Source: Polyangiales bacterium (GTDB lineage Bacteria; Myxococcota_A; Polyangia; Polyangiales; CBDCBC01). From it: a stretch of DNA of 64,000 nucleotides. Positions 1 to 9,451 of this stretch are shown here, piece after piece; position 1 is the first letter of the stretch; each line of letters opens with the position of its first letter. The notes beneath the pieces were generated by a model. The model did not search any database. It was not told where the DNA came from and saw only the letters and a program-made list of their open reading frames with translations. The stretch covers positions 1,670,100 through 1,734,099 of the forward strand of contig OZ243942.1 in the NCBI GenBank assembly GCA_965214225.1. Reading direction: 5' to 3'. Made by a program: the position numbers and the translations under genes.

Positions 1-373
1 CGAAGCCGAGCTTAAGGAAGCAAAGCAGCGTGTGGTGATGCTTGAAAAGAAGCTGGCCCTCGCGCGGCAGGGCGTGACCGACGAGGTGGTCGAAGAGCGC
101 GCCGAGCTTGCAGCGGAGCTCGAAGAGCAAGAGGCTGAAGTTTCTGCGGAAGTTGCAGAGGCAGCAGACATGGCAGCCGAACACAACAAAGAAGCTGACA
201 TGGCGCAGCGCGCGCTAAGCAAGGGCAAGCGTGTGACCAATGTGGACGCGAAGGTGACCACCACCACAAACGTCAAGAGCGAGAAGATGGGCGTGAAGCA
301 GCGAACGGTGGATGCCGTAATTCCCGTAGAGAAGACGGAAACCAAGGGCGCGAACCGCGTCGAGTCCGACTAG
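1..373 (+). CDS. 3' end of a Glu/Ala-rich coiled-coil hypothetical protein (5'-truncated by the window)
   Basis: Frame is open from the window start to the TAG at 373, with strong GC3 codon bias and a helical E/A/K-rich sequence. Confidence 0.6.
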   Translation, partial: EAELKEAKQRVVMLEKKLALARQGVTDEVVEERAELAAELEEQEAEVSAEVAEAADMAAEHNKEADMAQRALSKGKRVTNVDAKVTTTTNVKSEKMGVKQRTVDAVIPVEKTETKGANRVESD

Positions 374-849
374 CTCGTAGATTATAAAGTTACGCGTGGG
401 GGCCTGTTAGGTTACCAAGCTACGGTTGGGGGGTGAGGTGCCTTGGAGCACTTCATGCCCCAGATCTCTTGGAGGGCCGCAGTCAGGGAGAGAAGGTACC
501 TCGCTGCGGCCTCCTCAGCGCGTAGAAGGCCAGGTATGCTAGCATGCGGTTTCGAGGCTTTTTCTGATCCGAGGTCGCCAGCAAAGACTTCCCCGGGGCG
601 CACTCTGCGACCTAGGACAGGTCTTGAGGACGAAGCCGGAGCAGGGAGAGCGGAGCATGGAGAGCTTTGAAACGGAGTTCTCGTCATCTCATTCCTGCAC
701 TCCCGGTGGTTTTCTACTGCCCAGAGGGCACCTGATCGCCCACCTCAGCGCAAGGAACGGCACTTATGCAGGCCGCTGAGCATGACGTAGTGCCCACTTG
801 GGACGTCGCTCCGGCTTGATCAGCGCAGTGCTCCAAGGGGGCCCAGGGC

Positions 850-1326
850 ATGGAGTTCGCTTACTCCATGGCTAATGAGACCTTCTTGGAGAGCGAGCTC
901 GGCGCGTTCTACATGCTCCACCCAATGGAGTACGTTGAGGAAAGGGAAAGAACGCAGTATGCGTTATCGCGGCTTGTGACGCGTCAGATGAACTGGAGAG
1001 TGTACCAAACGCTACTTCAGCGGGGTTCTGAGCCATCGGACCCTCAGCAAGCCGAGTGCTTTGTCACATACGCCGCCGTGGACAACTTTCTAGCCGAAAC
1101 TGGACAAAGTCTTCCGGAGAACGGCTGTCAGGACGAAGGGGCGCAGAAACGCCTTTGGTTTTTGGAGCAGGTCAGGTCACTGCTTGCGGACGCACCTGAA
1201 CTGGTGCCGTATCTAACGAGCAGAAAGCATAATCAGGAGGCGTTCATCATTCGATGGGCAGAGGAAACGCCGTGGGCTGATTTGCCCGCGCCGTGGAAGC
1301 ATTTCTCTCAGCCAACTGGCCAATAG
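850..1326 (+). CDS. hypothetical protein
   Basis: 158-aa ATG ORF with globular composition; no motif recognised. Confidence 0.45.
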   Translation: MEFAYSMANETFLESELGAFYMLHPMEYVEERERTQYALSRLVTRQMNWRVYQTLLQRGSEPSDPQQAECFVTYAAVDNFLAETGQSLPENGCQDEGAQKRLWFLEQVRSLLADAPELVPYLTSRKHNQEAFIIRWAEETPWADLPAPWKHFSQPTGQ

Positions 1327-1750
1327 GGTCGGTGTACCAACAGTTGTGGGACCTCGGTGCGACTTCGCGTGGCCTGACGCTGCTGCACGTCGTAGCCGAC
1401 ACCACCGTCAGGGACTACACATGGAGGTGCGTGCCGAGTGCGGCGCCTTCTCAGGTCGCGCACTCGGCTCCCTTCCGTGAACCCCATCCTCAAGCACCTA
1501 CGTGCCTTCCAGTCAGTGCGTACGCTTCGTTCAGTGTCTTCCGTTCAGCGAGTGCGTTCCGTTGCGCCAACGCGCTCCGGTGCGTTGTGCGTGCAGTTCC
1601 CGTCGACTGCGTCTCCTGCGGTGGCAGCGCGCGATTGCACGCAGCGCAGCGATTCCATGCACAACCTTCTCGAAAGCCGACTCATCACCTTTTGTTGCGT
1701 ATCTTAACCCGCGGATCTGCCAGCACTCGCGCTATTTACACTAGCGCTAA

Positions 1751-2512
1751 TTACAGAGCGTCCTGAATCGCCTGCTGCGCCTCAGCAACGAGATCGTCTT
1801 GATACGCATTTCTCTCGTCTTCCGTGGCGCTGTATCCTGCTGATCCCTTCCAACGGCACGAGTTGCCTAATGGACTGGTCACTCCTTGCACCTCCGTGAA
1901 GTAGATTGGCTTGATAAGCGTGCGCATCGGGAAATCGCGTCCGTCTGCCAGACGAACCGAAACATCGTCTCGAAAACCAGTCTCTAGCTTCTCGGGTGAA
2001 AATACATCTTTGGGAAGAAGAGCCGACACGTTACCTGAATAGTCTACCCGACTAAAGGCCATTGGACAGATCATGACATTGAGGATTCGATTCTCCAACA
2101 CCTGACCTTCCCCGTAGTGGACCTCGTCAAAGCAGCCTTTGCTAGCGAGCCGACCGCTAACCAGTTGCGAGGTTTCCGAAGCGTCACCTAGCCACTCCCA
2201 GACGCGCGTAGCGATATCTTGTTCGCCTATACCGGTTTCTTCATCACTGCCATCAGCATCGCGCATCCGTTGCACGGTGTCGCTGATACTCGCAATACAC
2301 CCGCTCACCGCTGCCTTGGCGCCATTGCGGAAACGCGGCCGAAAGAACTCCGCCTGCTCCGGCACCACGAAAGAACGCAGCGCCCCTTGCACTTGTTCAT
2401 TGGAAGCCGACTCCACCACATCGGAGTTCCGCCCCTCCGTGCTGGCAGCGCAGCCGAGCGACGTGAGACTCGCGACCAGGATGGTCGCAGCACCTAGTAT
2501 TCTGTTGTCCAT
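1751..2512 (-). CDS. hypothetical lipoprotein
   Basis: Probable start MDNRILG at 2512 after a purine-rich RBS; signal peptide ending in the SLG-C lipobox. Confidence 0.6.
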   Translation of the reverse strand: MDNRILGAATILVASLTSLGCAASTEGRNSDVVESASNEQVQGALRSFVVPEQAEFFRPRFRNGAKAAVSGCIASISDTVQRMRDADGSDEETGIGEQDIATRVWEWLGDASETSQLVSGRLASKGCFDEVHYGEGQVLENRILNVMICPMAFSRVDYSGNVSALLPKDVFSPEKLETGFRDDVSVRLADGRDFPMRTLIKPIYFTEVQGVTSPLGNSCRWKGSAGYSATEDERNAYQDDLVAEAQQAIQDAL

Positions 2513-2696
2513 TTTATGTTCCCTCTCGCCCATCTTTTTAGTGCAACAGGTGTGCCAACACCTGTTGCCACTCGACGTTCGTTGGGTTTGACATGGAGTC
2601 AACATGAGGTGCAACGTCAATCCGTGCAGCTTGTGCGCATCCCCCACCATGCCGCTGCCAATCGCCGCTGACTGGTCATGTAGGGACTTTAGTCCC

Positions 2697-2870
2697 CAAT
2701 GCTGATCAGTTAAGGACAATGCTGTTCAGTTGAGTCAGTTTTCGTGGAGTTCTCGTCGCATTGCTCCTGCGATCCCAGCGCCCACAGGGAAAAACCGCAG
2801 CGTACGTCGTGGTACGTGAGGATTTTTCCCGCGGACGTAAGCCGTAAAGTGGCTTAACTGAACAACATTG
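2697..2870. repeat. palindromic repeat family A (MITE/REP-like), copy 1
   Basis: Terminal stem caatgctgttcagtt...aactgaacaacattg; core gcgcccacagggaaaaaccgcagcgtac...gtgaggattttt shared with 8382, 26880 and 41106. Confidence 0.8.
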
Positions 2871-3032
2871 CTTTAGTCCCGGCTCTTCCGCCGGCAGACC
2901 CCACCGCAGGGGGGCTCAGCGGATGACGCAGCCTCAAAAACCGTCTCACATGTACCCTCTTGTCCATCTGATCGTGCACCCTTGAGAGAGAACCGCCGTT
3001 TCCTAGGTACGACTTTTGCTCTAACTGCCAGG

Positions 3033-3980
3033 ATGCGGCGTCTGATCTCATTCACCCTGACCTGCGCACTACACACACTCGCGGCTTGTGCTGAGGCGAG
3101 CGAGGCGCGCACAGCTGAAGCCGGTCAAAGTGACTGCGGAGATGAGCGCGGTGCTTCTCCTGCTGTCGAGCTTCGCAACCACCTCGACACGGTGATAGTC
3201 CCTGAAGATTTCGGCGCCCTCGGATGGTTTCTCAGGAAGCTTGCTCCCGATGCGGAGCTGGCCGACTGGACCATCCGTTACACACCGGATGGTCCGCTCC
3301 CAGGTACCGTGTCACCCGAGCAAAGGCAGATTGAGGTGCGAGCACATCCCGACCGTGCCGCTCCTGGAGAATTCGAGGCCGACAGCGTAGCCTGGCGCAG
3401 TGAGAAGGTGCGCGTGATGCAAGCGCTCCTCACCCGAAGCGCCCAAACCTACTTCGACTCGCCCTACGCCGACGACCTCCTTAGAAACTTCTGTTACACG
3501 CCAGCCGAGCGGGCTGCCGACGGTCCAGATGAAGACCTCCGCGAGGCGCATCTGCACGATCTGAAGCTCATCATAAGCGAGCTGAGGGTGCGCTGGCCTC
3601 TGGCGCTCTACGCGCATCAGCTCGGTCTCAACATAGATGAGCTGAAGCTGTCCGAGCAGGACCCTATTGACTCCAAAACCATGGAATGGATGCGAGTGGC
3701 GGCCTGGCAAGTGCCCACACCCACGCCAGCTGATGCTGGATGGCCGGATGCGCTAATCGATGGAGTTGAGGAGTTGGTAGAGGAACTTCGGCCGAGCCTA
3801 CAGCTACCCCGTCACGGTGGTGATGCAGCTGAGTTTTGGACGCGACCCTCGAATCGAACGTCGCAGGATACAAAGTCTGCCTTCTGGTATGTCAGACTCA
3901 ACCCGGTCTTTTGGTTCAGCACGGAAGTCAAAAGCTTCTGGGCTCTTAAAGACCATCCCAATGAGAGCTACGACGATTAG
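3033..3980 (+). CDS. hypothetical lipoprotein
   Basis: MRRLISF...LAA-C lipobox; long ORF. Confidence 0.65.
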   Translation: MRRLISFTLTCALHTLAACAEASEARTAEAGQSDCGDERGASPAVELRNHLDTVIVPEDFGALGWFLRKLAPDAELADWTIRYTPDGPLPGTVSPEQRQIEVRAHPDRAAPGEFEADSVAWRSEKVRVMQALLTRSAQTYFDSPYADDLLRNFCYTPAERAADGPDEDLREAHLHDLKLIISELRVRWPLALYAHQLGLNIDELKLSEQDPIDSKTMEWMRVAAWQVPTPTPADAGWPDALIDGVEELVEELRPSLQLPRHGGDAAEFWTRPSNRTSQDTKSAFWYVRLNPVFWFSTEVKSFWALKDHPNESYDD

Positions 3981-4073
3981 ACTTCGGGTTTCTTGCAGCG
4001 CCCGCATAACACCCGCAACGCCTCGCGACAATGACGGACAAACGGCTGGGTGTAACACCAACGGGTACAAGAC

Positions 4074-5519
4074 TTGCTTCACATTACCGCGATGGGCAGA
4101 AGCAACCTGAGCAATCAGACTGGCACACCGCAACTCTGCACACGGTGCGCATCAGGCCGCGTCCTACGGCTGTTTGGACATCTTCTTTCATTTCTGCTGC
4201 TCGGCTGCTCAGAAATCGGAGCAGCGCATCCCCTGCAACGGCAAGCAGGGCTCGAGCAGAGCTCCATCTTCGACGCCCCCACGTTCCCCACGTTGCACAT
4301 CAAGCAATCCACAACAGCCTACCTCAAGTACCCGCTCAGCACCTGGCACATTAACTACGCCTTGGACAACACCAGCCAGCAACTTGAGTACGAGGTAAGG
4401 GCACCCAATTCATTTTCAACCGATACCTGCGAGATACCGAAGGTGATGTTGACTCTCGGAAATACTTCGCAAACTGTTCCCTTCGATGATGTGGAGCAGC
4501 TCCACTGGATCTCACACTGTTCACGCGAAAGCATCGATTCAAATCCGGACCTGGTCAGCGCCCAAGCACTGGTATACCGCATGATGGACGCTCTGGGACT
4601 CATCACACCTCGCATCCGCCAGATTATAGCGACATACTCAGCAGGCTGCCAATCGAGCCAGAGCCCACCTTATCCAGCCTTGGTGGTCGAGGATATTCAA
4701 GCAACAGCAAAGCGGCTCAATCTTAGGGTGGCCTCCCGTGAGGATTTAGACGCGGGGCCTGGCGAGTGGGACTATCTTCGAGACGAAGGCGCAGCGCCTG
4801 AGCTGGACCAGCTCGATTGGACACAGTGGATGGTCGCGCGCCTGCTCATGGTGCTTGTCGGAGACTTCGACTACGACCGCAATTTTACCTTCAAAAACCA
4901 GTTCTGGCTGATGGATGCAGAAGGAACCATGGCGCCCGTTCCTTTCGACTTTGACAGCAGCGAGATCGTCACGCGATACGCGTTGGCTGGTGACGCTCTA
5001 GATGAACGGAGAGCTTCGATGGTTCGCCGCATCCAACAGCTGCGCGCTCTACAACCCACCATGACGAAGGCGTGCAGACGGACCGCCGTATGTGAAGCTG
5101 CGCTTATCAAAGCGCTTTCCGCTGTAAGAGCGGCGAGAGGCTCGCTCGAGGCATTGATTTACAGCCATCCGCTCTCACCCACTCGGAAGGAAGTGGCACT
5201 CAGCTTTCTCCGCGTCTTCATGGAGGTCACACAGCCGGAGGAAGTATTTACGCCCCTTCTCTTGCGGCGAGCAGCGGTGTACCCAACGCCTGACGCAAAC
5301 GAGGACGTAGCCTGGGCTTACCCGAAGGAGATAATCGCGCTTGGTGCGCCGCTGGATCAACAGAGCGGCAGGACTCGCGTTGACATACGCGACTACGAGG
5401 GTGCGGTCACTGGCTGGTTTGATGACCAAGACCTATATCTTCCTGACGCGCTGCCGACACTTGACCATCGGTCGGCGGTCACCCCGGAACCGACAACAGA
5501 TCCCATAGCAAGCCCTTGA
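4074..5519 (+). CDS. CotH-like (atypical kinase fold) lipoprotein
   Basis: LLG-C lipobox; motifs ISHC, LVYRMM..LGL.TPR, LVGDFD, KN, PVPFDFD resemble CotH-kinase-like proteins; true start uncertain. Confidence 0.55.
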   Translation: MLHITAMGRSNLSNQTGTPQLCTRCASGRVLRLFGHLLSFLLLGCSEIGAAHPLQRQAGLEQSSIFDAPTFPTLHIKQSTTAYLKYPLSTWHINYALDNTSQQLEYEVRAPNSFSTDTCEIPKVMLTLGNTSQTVPFDDVEQLHWISHCSRESIDSNPDLVSAQALVYRMMDALGLITPRIRQIIATYSAGCQSSQSPPYPALVVEDIQATAKRLNLRVASREDLDAGPGEWDYLRDEGAAPELDQLDWTQWMVARLLMVLVGDFDYDRNFTFKNQFWLMDAEGTMAPVPFDFDSSEIVTRYALAGDALDERRASMVRRIQQLRALQPTMTKACRRTAVCEAALIKALSAVRAARGSLEALIYSHPLSPTRKEVALSFLRVFMEVTQPEEVFTPLLLRRAAVYPTPDANEDVAWAYPKEIIALGAPLDQQSGRTRVDIRDYEGAVTGWFDDQDLYLPDALPTLDHRSAVTPEPTTDPIASP

Positions 5520-5727
5520 GTGCAGCGGCAAGCTTGGCTCCCGGCGCCGAAACGCTCTGAGCTCTTCCTCAAACCTCGCTTTCCTCAAGCCTCGCGGGGG
5601 CAGCCGAAGCCACGCCTGTCGCATCATCTACTGGGCCGTAACCACTGCTGAGTTCCACGACCCGCCCGTCGGAGCACAGCCGCTATGGCGGCGGTTTGCC
5701 GGAGCGGCGACTGGTCGCTGCAAAGTG

Positions 5728-5801
5728 TGGCTCCGGAGGATGGATTCGAACCATCATTCTCGGTTCCAAAGACCGATGTCCTGCCCTTAGACGACTCCGG
5801 A
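5728..5801 (-). tRNA. tRNA-Gln (TTG)
   Basis: Minus strand reads TCCGGAG...TCGGT-CTTTGGA-ACCGA...GGTTCGAATCC..CTCCGGAGCCA: acceptor stem, anticodon loop, T-loop and encoded CCA. Confidence 0.95.
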
Positions 5802-6005
5802 ATATCGGCTATTGGGTAGCACAGAGGTGGGCGGAGCGCAGTGCTTTTTATCACGCACAAGGTGGGCTGAAAGAGCAAGACAGCCGATGGGGTAAACAGA
5901 CCAAAGGTAGTTCAGGTGCGACGTTTTGCTGAACGCGATGAAGGTAACGAATGACGCAAAAGAGAAGGTCAAACACCAGATAAGTAGCCGTAGCTATACT
6001 CCAGC

Positions 6006-6458
6006 CTACTCCCAGCCAAACATGCGAACGCGCCCATCCTGCACGGACACGTGCGCCGCAGGCATCACCCGGTGCCAACGCTGCGCGTTCCCGGCGTACG
6101 GATTATCTCCCTGCAACAGCAGCTCGCCTGCAGCAAACGTGTTGATCCCGATATCAACGGCGTGGCTGCCGTGTGGCGCCCGAAGCTCCCGCACCAGCAC
6201 CACCGCATGAAAAGCGAGCAGCCCCAGCGCAAGCATGCCCAGAATCAGGGGTAGCACCCCAGCACGGGTAACCCCAGCACGGGTAACCCCAGCACGGGTA
6301 ACCTCAGCTTGGCGGCCGAGACCAACAACTACCATCAGCGTGGCGGCACCAAGGAACATGCAAAATGTGAGTGGGCCATAACCCCAGGTGAAGACGCCAG
6401 CGGTGTTGAACAACACCAGCCACAGCAAAGGCGCTCCGATCCCAAATCCTTTCGTCAC
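6006..6458 (-). pseudogene. truncated membrane protein (possibly a GT87-like glycosyltransferase N-terminus)
   Basis: Three TM-like segments, D...LLQGDNPY motif and VTRAG x3; the stop sits in a short duplication (ggctgggagta/ggctggagta) before a shifted LEYSYGY continuation. Confidence 0.4.
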
Positions 6459-7786
6459 CCGCACGGCACCCGTTCCAGAGCCTTGAGAAAAACAGCGGCT
6501 TTCAACTCCGTTTCCGCGAGCTCCTTTTCTGCCCGGCTGCGCGCAGTGATGCCTCCGCCTGCAAAGTACGTGACCTGGCCCCCTGCAACCACAGCGGTGC
6601 GAATTGCGACGGAGAGAAGGCATCCTCCACGTGAATCGACGAAACCAATTGCTCCGGTGTAGACACCTCGCGGGCTAGCCTCTAAGGCCTCGATCCAATG
6701 CACCACCTCCCGCTTGGGCATCCCGGTGACGCTGCCCGGCGGGAACGCAGCCTTCAGCAGATCAGAAAAGGTGAGGCCCTCTTTGGCCATGCAGCGGATG
6801 GTGGAAACCATGTGCGACAAGCCGGCATAGTGTTCAATCACACTGTCGTCTATCACGCGCACGGTTCCCGACTTGGCTACGCGACATAGATCATTGCGAA
6901 GCAGGTCGATCACCATGGTGTGCTCCGCCTGTTCCTTTGCATCGCGCGCTAGACTCCGCGCGTCATCGTCCATGCTCTGGCTGCGAGTGACGGTGCCCTT
7001 GATGGGTCGCGTTGTGATAGAGGAATGGTGAGCATTCCAATCAACGAACTGCTCCATCGAGCGAGAGAGGACATAGCGCACCCCGTCAAAGATATAGGCA
7101 CCAAACGGCACCGGGCTCTCAGCCCGCATCGCCTTCCACAACAGCCAAGGTGAGCCCATAAGTGGCGCACGCCACTTGCGGGCTAGGTTGATCAAGTAGA
7201 ACGTTCCCGCTGCTATCTCCTCTTGAGCGCGTGTGATGGCCTGCTGGTGCTGCTCAGCCGCTGCGCCAACGGCATCTCCAACTCTTGCTGCTACTTCTGC
7301 TGTAACGCCCGACTCCTTGACCGACGATGTCACAGCTTCTCGCACCCGCGCGGCCAGGCGCCTGACTGCAGCCTTGCTCTCTCCGCAAAACCACGCCCGA
7401 CCGCTCGCATGATCAACGGCAAGAACGGCATCGTAGCGACCAAACCAAAGCACGCGCTCTTCCGGGGCGCGTGTGCGGCCTTCATGCACGGCAGGCATCA
7501 GCTTCCAGAGCGCATCGTAGCTCACGTAGCCCAACCATCGCGGCACTCTCAGCGGCGCCTCGCAGTGCACGCCTTCCTCTGCCGATAAGCGCGCGAGTGC
7601 ATCGCGAAGTCCGGATCCGTTTGCTGTGGCAGACACCTCCTCGACTGGATCGAGCGCAAGGTACGACCACGATCCTGGCGCTCCATCAAGCCAAACAAAC
7701 CCTGGTTCTGAGGCCCACCTGGAGGCGAGCGTCTCCAAATCGTTCGGCAACTCTGCCACTTCAATCAACCCTGCTGCTTCAGTCAC
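6455..7786 (-). CDS. pabB: aminodeoxychorismate synthase component I (chorismate-binding MST family)
   Basis: GYVSYD, TRPIKGT (PabB-type Lys rather than TrpE PIAGT), AEHTMVIDLLRNDL, FPPGSVTG.PK, RGVYTGAIG, AGGGI. Confidence 0.85.
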   Translation of the reverse strand: MTEAAGLIEVAELPNDLETLASRWASEPGFVWLDGAPGSWSYLALDPVEEVSATANGSGLRDALARLSAEEGVHCEAPLRVPRWLGYVSYDALWKLMPAVHEGRTRAPEERVLWFGRYDAVLAVDHASGRAWFCGESKAAVRRLAARVREAVTSSVKESGVTAEVAARVGDAVGAAAEQHQQAITRAQEEIAAGTFYLINLARKWRAPLMGSPWLLWKAMRAESPVPFGAYIFDGVRYVLSRSMEQFVDWNAHHSSITTRPIKGTVTRSQSMDDDARSLARDAKEQAEHTMVIDLLRNDLCRVAKSGTVRVIDDSVIEHYAGLSHMVSTIRCMAKEGLTFSDLLKAAFPPGSVTGMPKREVVHWIEALEASPRGVYTGAIGFVDSRGGCLLSVAIRTAVVAGGQVTYFAGGGITARSRAEKELAETELKAAVFLKALERVPCG

Positions 7787-7900
7787 TCTGCTGCTTCAAT
7801 CCACTCTGCCACTTCAATCCACTCTGCCACTTCAATCCACTCTGCTGCTTCAATCCACTCTGCCACTTCAATCGACTCTGCTGCTTCAATCCACTCTGCC
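7784..7900. repeat. 18-bp tandem repeat, about 6.5 units (cactctgc(tg/ca)cttcaatc)
   Basis: Directly visible, immediately upstream of the pabB start. Confidence 0.95.
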
Positions 7901-8034
7901 TCAACGTAGTATACGCACGCGCTGCTCATAGCCACTGCTGCCCAAAGCCACTGCAGAGTCTGCGGCACCTTCCACACGTGCCTGCACCTGCTGAGGCACC
8001 CGCACCACGACGCCGGATCTGCAAGCTTCCATCT

Positions 8035-8052
8035 TGTAAAGGTTACTTTACA
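8035..8052. promoter_or_regulatory. palindrome TGTAAAG-N4-CTTTACA (candidate protein-binding site)
   Basis: Perfect 7-bp arms; recurs at 30620, 30782 and 38433. Confidence 0.5.
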
Positions 8053-8180
8053 AAGCTTCGACAGGAGAGGAAACCGCTCTCAATGGGCCTCTTCCGCTCG
8101 CCGATCCCGCCAACTCACGCACCCTCGTTCCGATTTCCTGACGCGTTGTCGGCCGGAGTGGCTGCTGCTACTGTTCCTGC

Positions 8181-8936
8181 ATGAAAAGCTCATGGCTCAC
8201 CCTTCTGGTGCTCTTGGCAATCCCGCTTCCGACTTTAGCGCACGCACCTTGGCCTGCTCCGCGGCGGCATCGGCCCCAGGCGCTGACCCTCCACCTGGGA
8301 TATGGCGGCGAGCTCGCCGATCAAGAGGGCGCGGCGCTGGACAAGCGCACTCTCGGACTGCGGTGAGCGATAAACAAGGGGTAATGCAGTTCACTTAGGC
8401 CAGTTTTCGAGCGCGCCCACAGGAAAAAACCGCAGCGTACGTTGGATGGGATCGCAGGAGCGAAGCGACGAGAACTCCAGTGAGGATTTTTTGCCGCGGA
8501 CGAAAGCCGAAAACTGGCCTAAGTGAACTGCATTAGCGCAGAAGCATGGGGCTTTCGGGGTGAAGCGGAGAAGTTCGCTTTCTCGGATAACCTGACTGAC
8601 CGCCAGGAGGTGGGCTTGCGGCGCGCCTCAGCCCTGCTGATCGGCCCTCGGCTGGGCTTTGATGCCCGGGTCGGCGGAGGAATTGCTCTGCGTCCCAGTC
8701 TGGGAGCAGGCTTAGCTCTACGAGGTGATTACCTCGACCTGCCCAAGTACACCTCAAGTACGTTGGATGAGGATGTTGACCTCGAAGGTGACGTCTACTT
8801 GTCCTCCGCCCTTGCGCTCGTATTCACGCACGGTCTTTTCGTCAGTCTGGTTGAAGGCCGACTCGACTGGATCGCGACGGGCAACGACGAAGAAGGCGCT
8901 CACAGCATCAATGTGGGCATGGGACTGCGCCTGTAG
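8181..8936 (+). pseudogene. outer-membrane beta-barrel-like protein split by a stop/frameshift and a family A repeat
   Basis: Signal peptide in 8181-8366; amphipathic strands and terminal INVGMGLRL in 8523-8936; repeat 8382-8535 lies between them. Confidence 0.5.
8382..8535. repeat. palindromic repeat family A, copy 2
   Basis: Perfect 28-bp inverted ends taatgcagttcacttaggccagttttcg / cgaaaactggcctaagtgaactgcatta. Confidence 0.85.
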
Positions 8937-8947
8937 CCTGCTCAAAA

Positions 8948-9350
8948 GGGGGAGGCCTATCGATGGGGCGGTGGGTCCCGCTGAGTGAGCGGCGATGCGA
9001 TTTCTATCGGGGGTTTGGCACCCAGACCCTCTGCTGCGGAAGTCAATCCCGCGGCATTCACCTAAGCTCCCTCCGCCAGGACGAACATTGCCAGGTAGCA
9101 GGGAGGACACGGTCATGGCATCCAAACATCGTTGTAGTCCGTTTGGAAATGAGCCTGAGCCTCTCGGCGAAGTCAACTACGCCACTCTCCCGCCGCTTGT
9201 TGCCGGCATCCATGACGGGCCCCATGCAGATACACGGCGTAGATGCATCGTGAGCGAACGTACTGGGGGGACCACTGCCTGCAAGGCAGTGGTGGGTCCC
9301 GCTGAGTGAGCGGCGATGCATCGGCGCCGTGTATCTGCACGGGGCCAGCC
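8948..9350. repeat. composite hairpin repeat family B (BIME/REP-like), copy 1
   Basis: Core GGTGGGTCCCGCTGAGTGAGCGGCGAT at 8970 and 9291, plus modules shared with 16.2, 34.6 and 40.6 kb. Confidence 0.85.
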
Positions 9351-9451
9351 ACCACGCCTGCACACACAGATGGCAGCAAGCTTGAGGCCGACATCAGCAG
9401 ATCCGCTGGTTCACGCTTGATCTCGCTCCGCTTCGGTTTACGCTGGCCTCA

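Noticed and set aside
441-1326. Retron msr/msd plus reverse transcriptase
   Set aside because: An inverted repeat is present, but the downstream ORF has no YADD/RT motifs and no RT is encoded in the window
6455-7786. trpE (anthranilate synthase)
   Set aside because: It has PIKGT rather than PIAGT, lacks the NPSPYM motif, and has no trp genes nearby
8963-9394. Recurrent small ORFs (SPLTQRDPP, AHSAGPT) as a protein family, also at 16.0-16.8 and 34.5-35.1 kb
   Set aside because: They are translations of repeat family B in varying frames and strands, with no consistent start or stop
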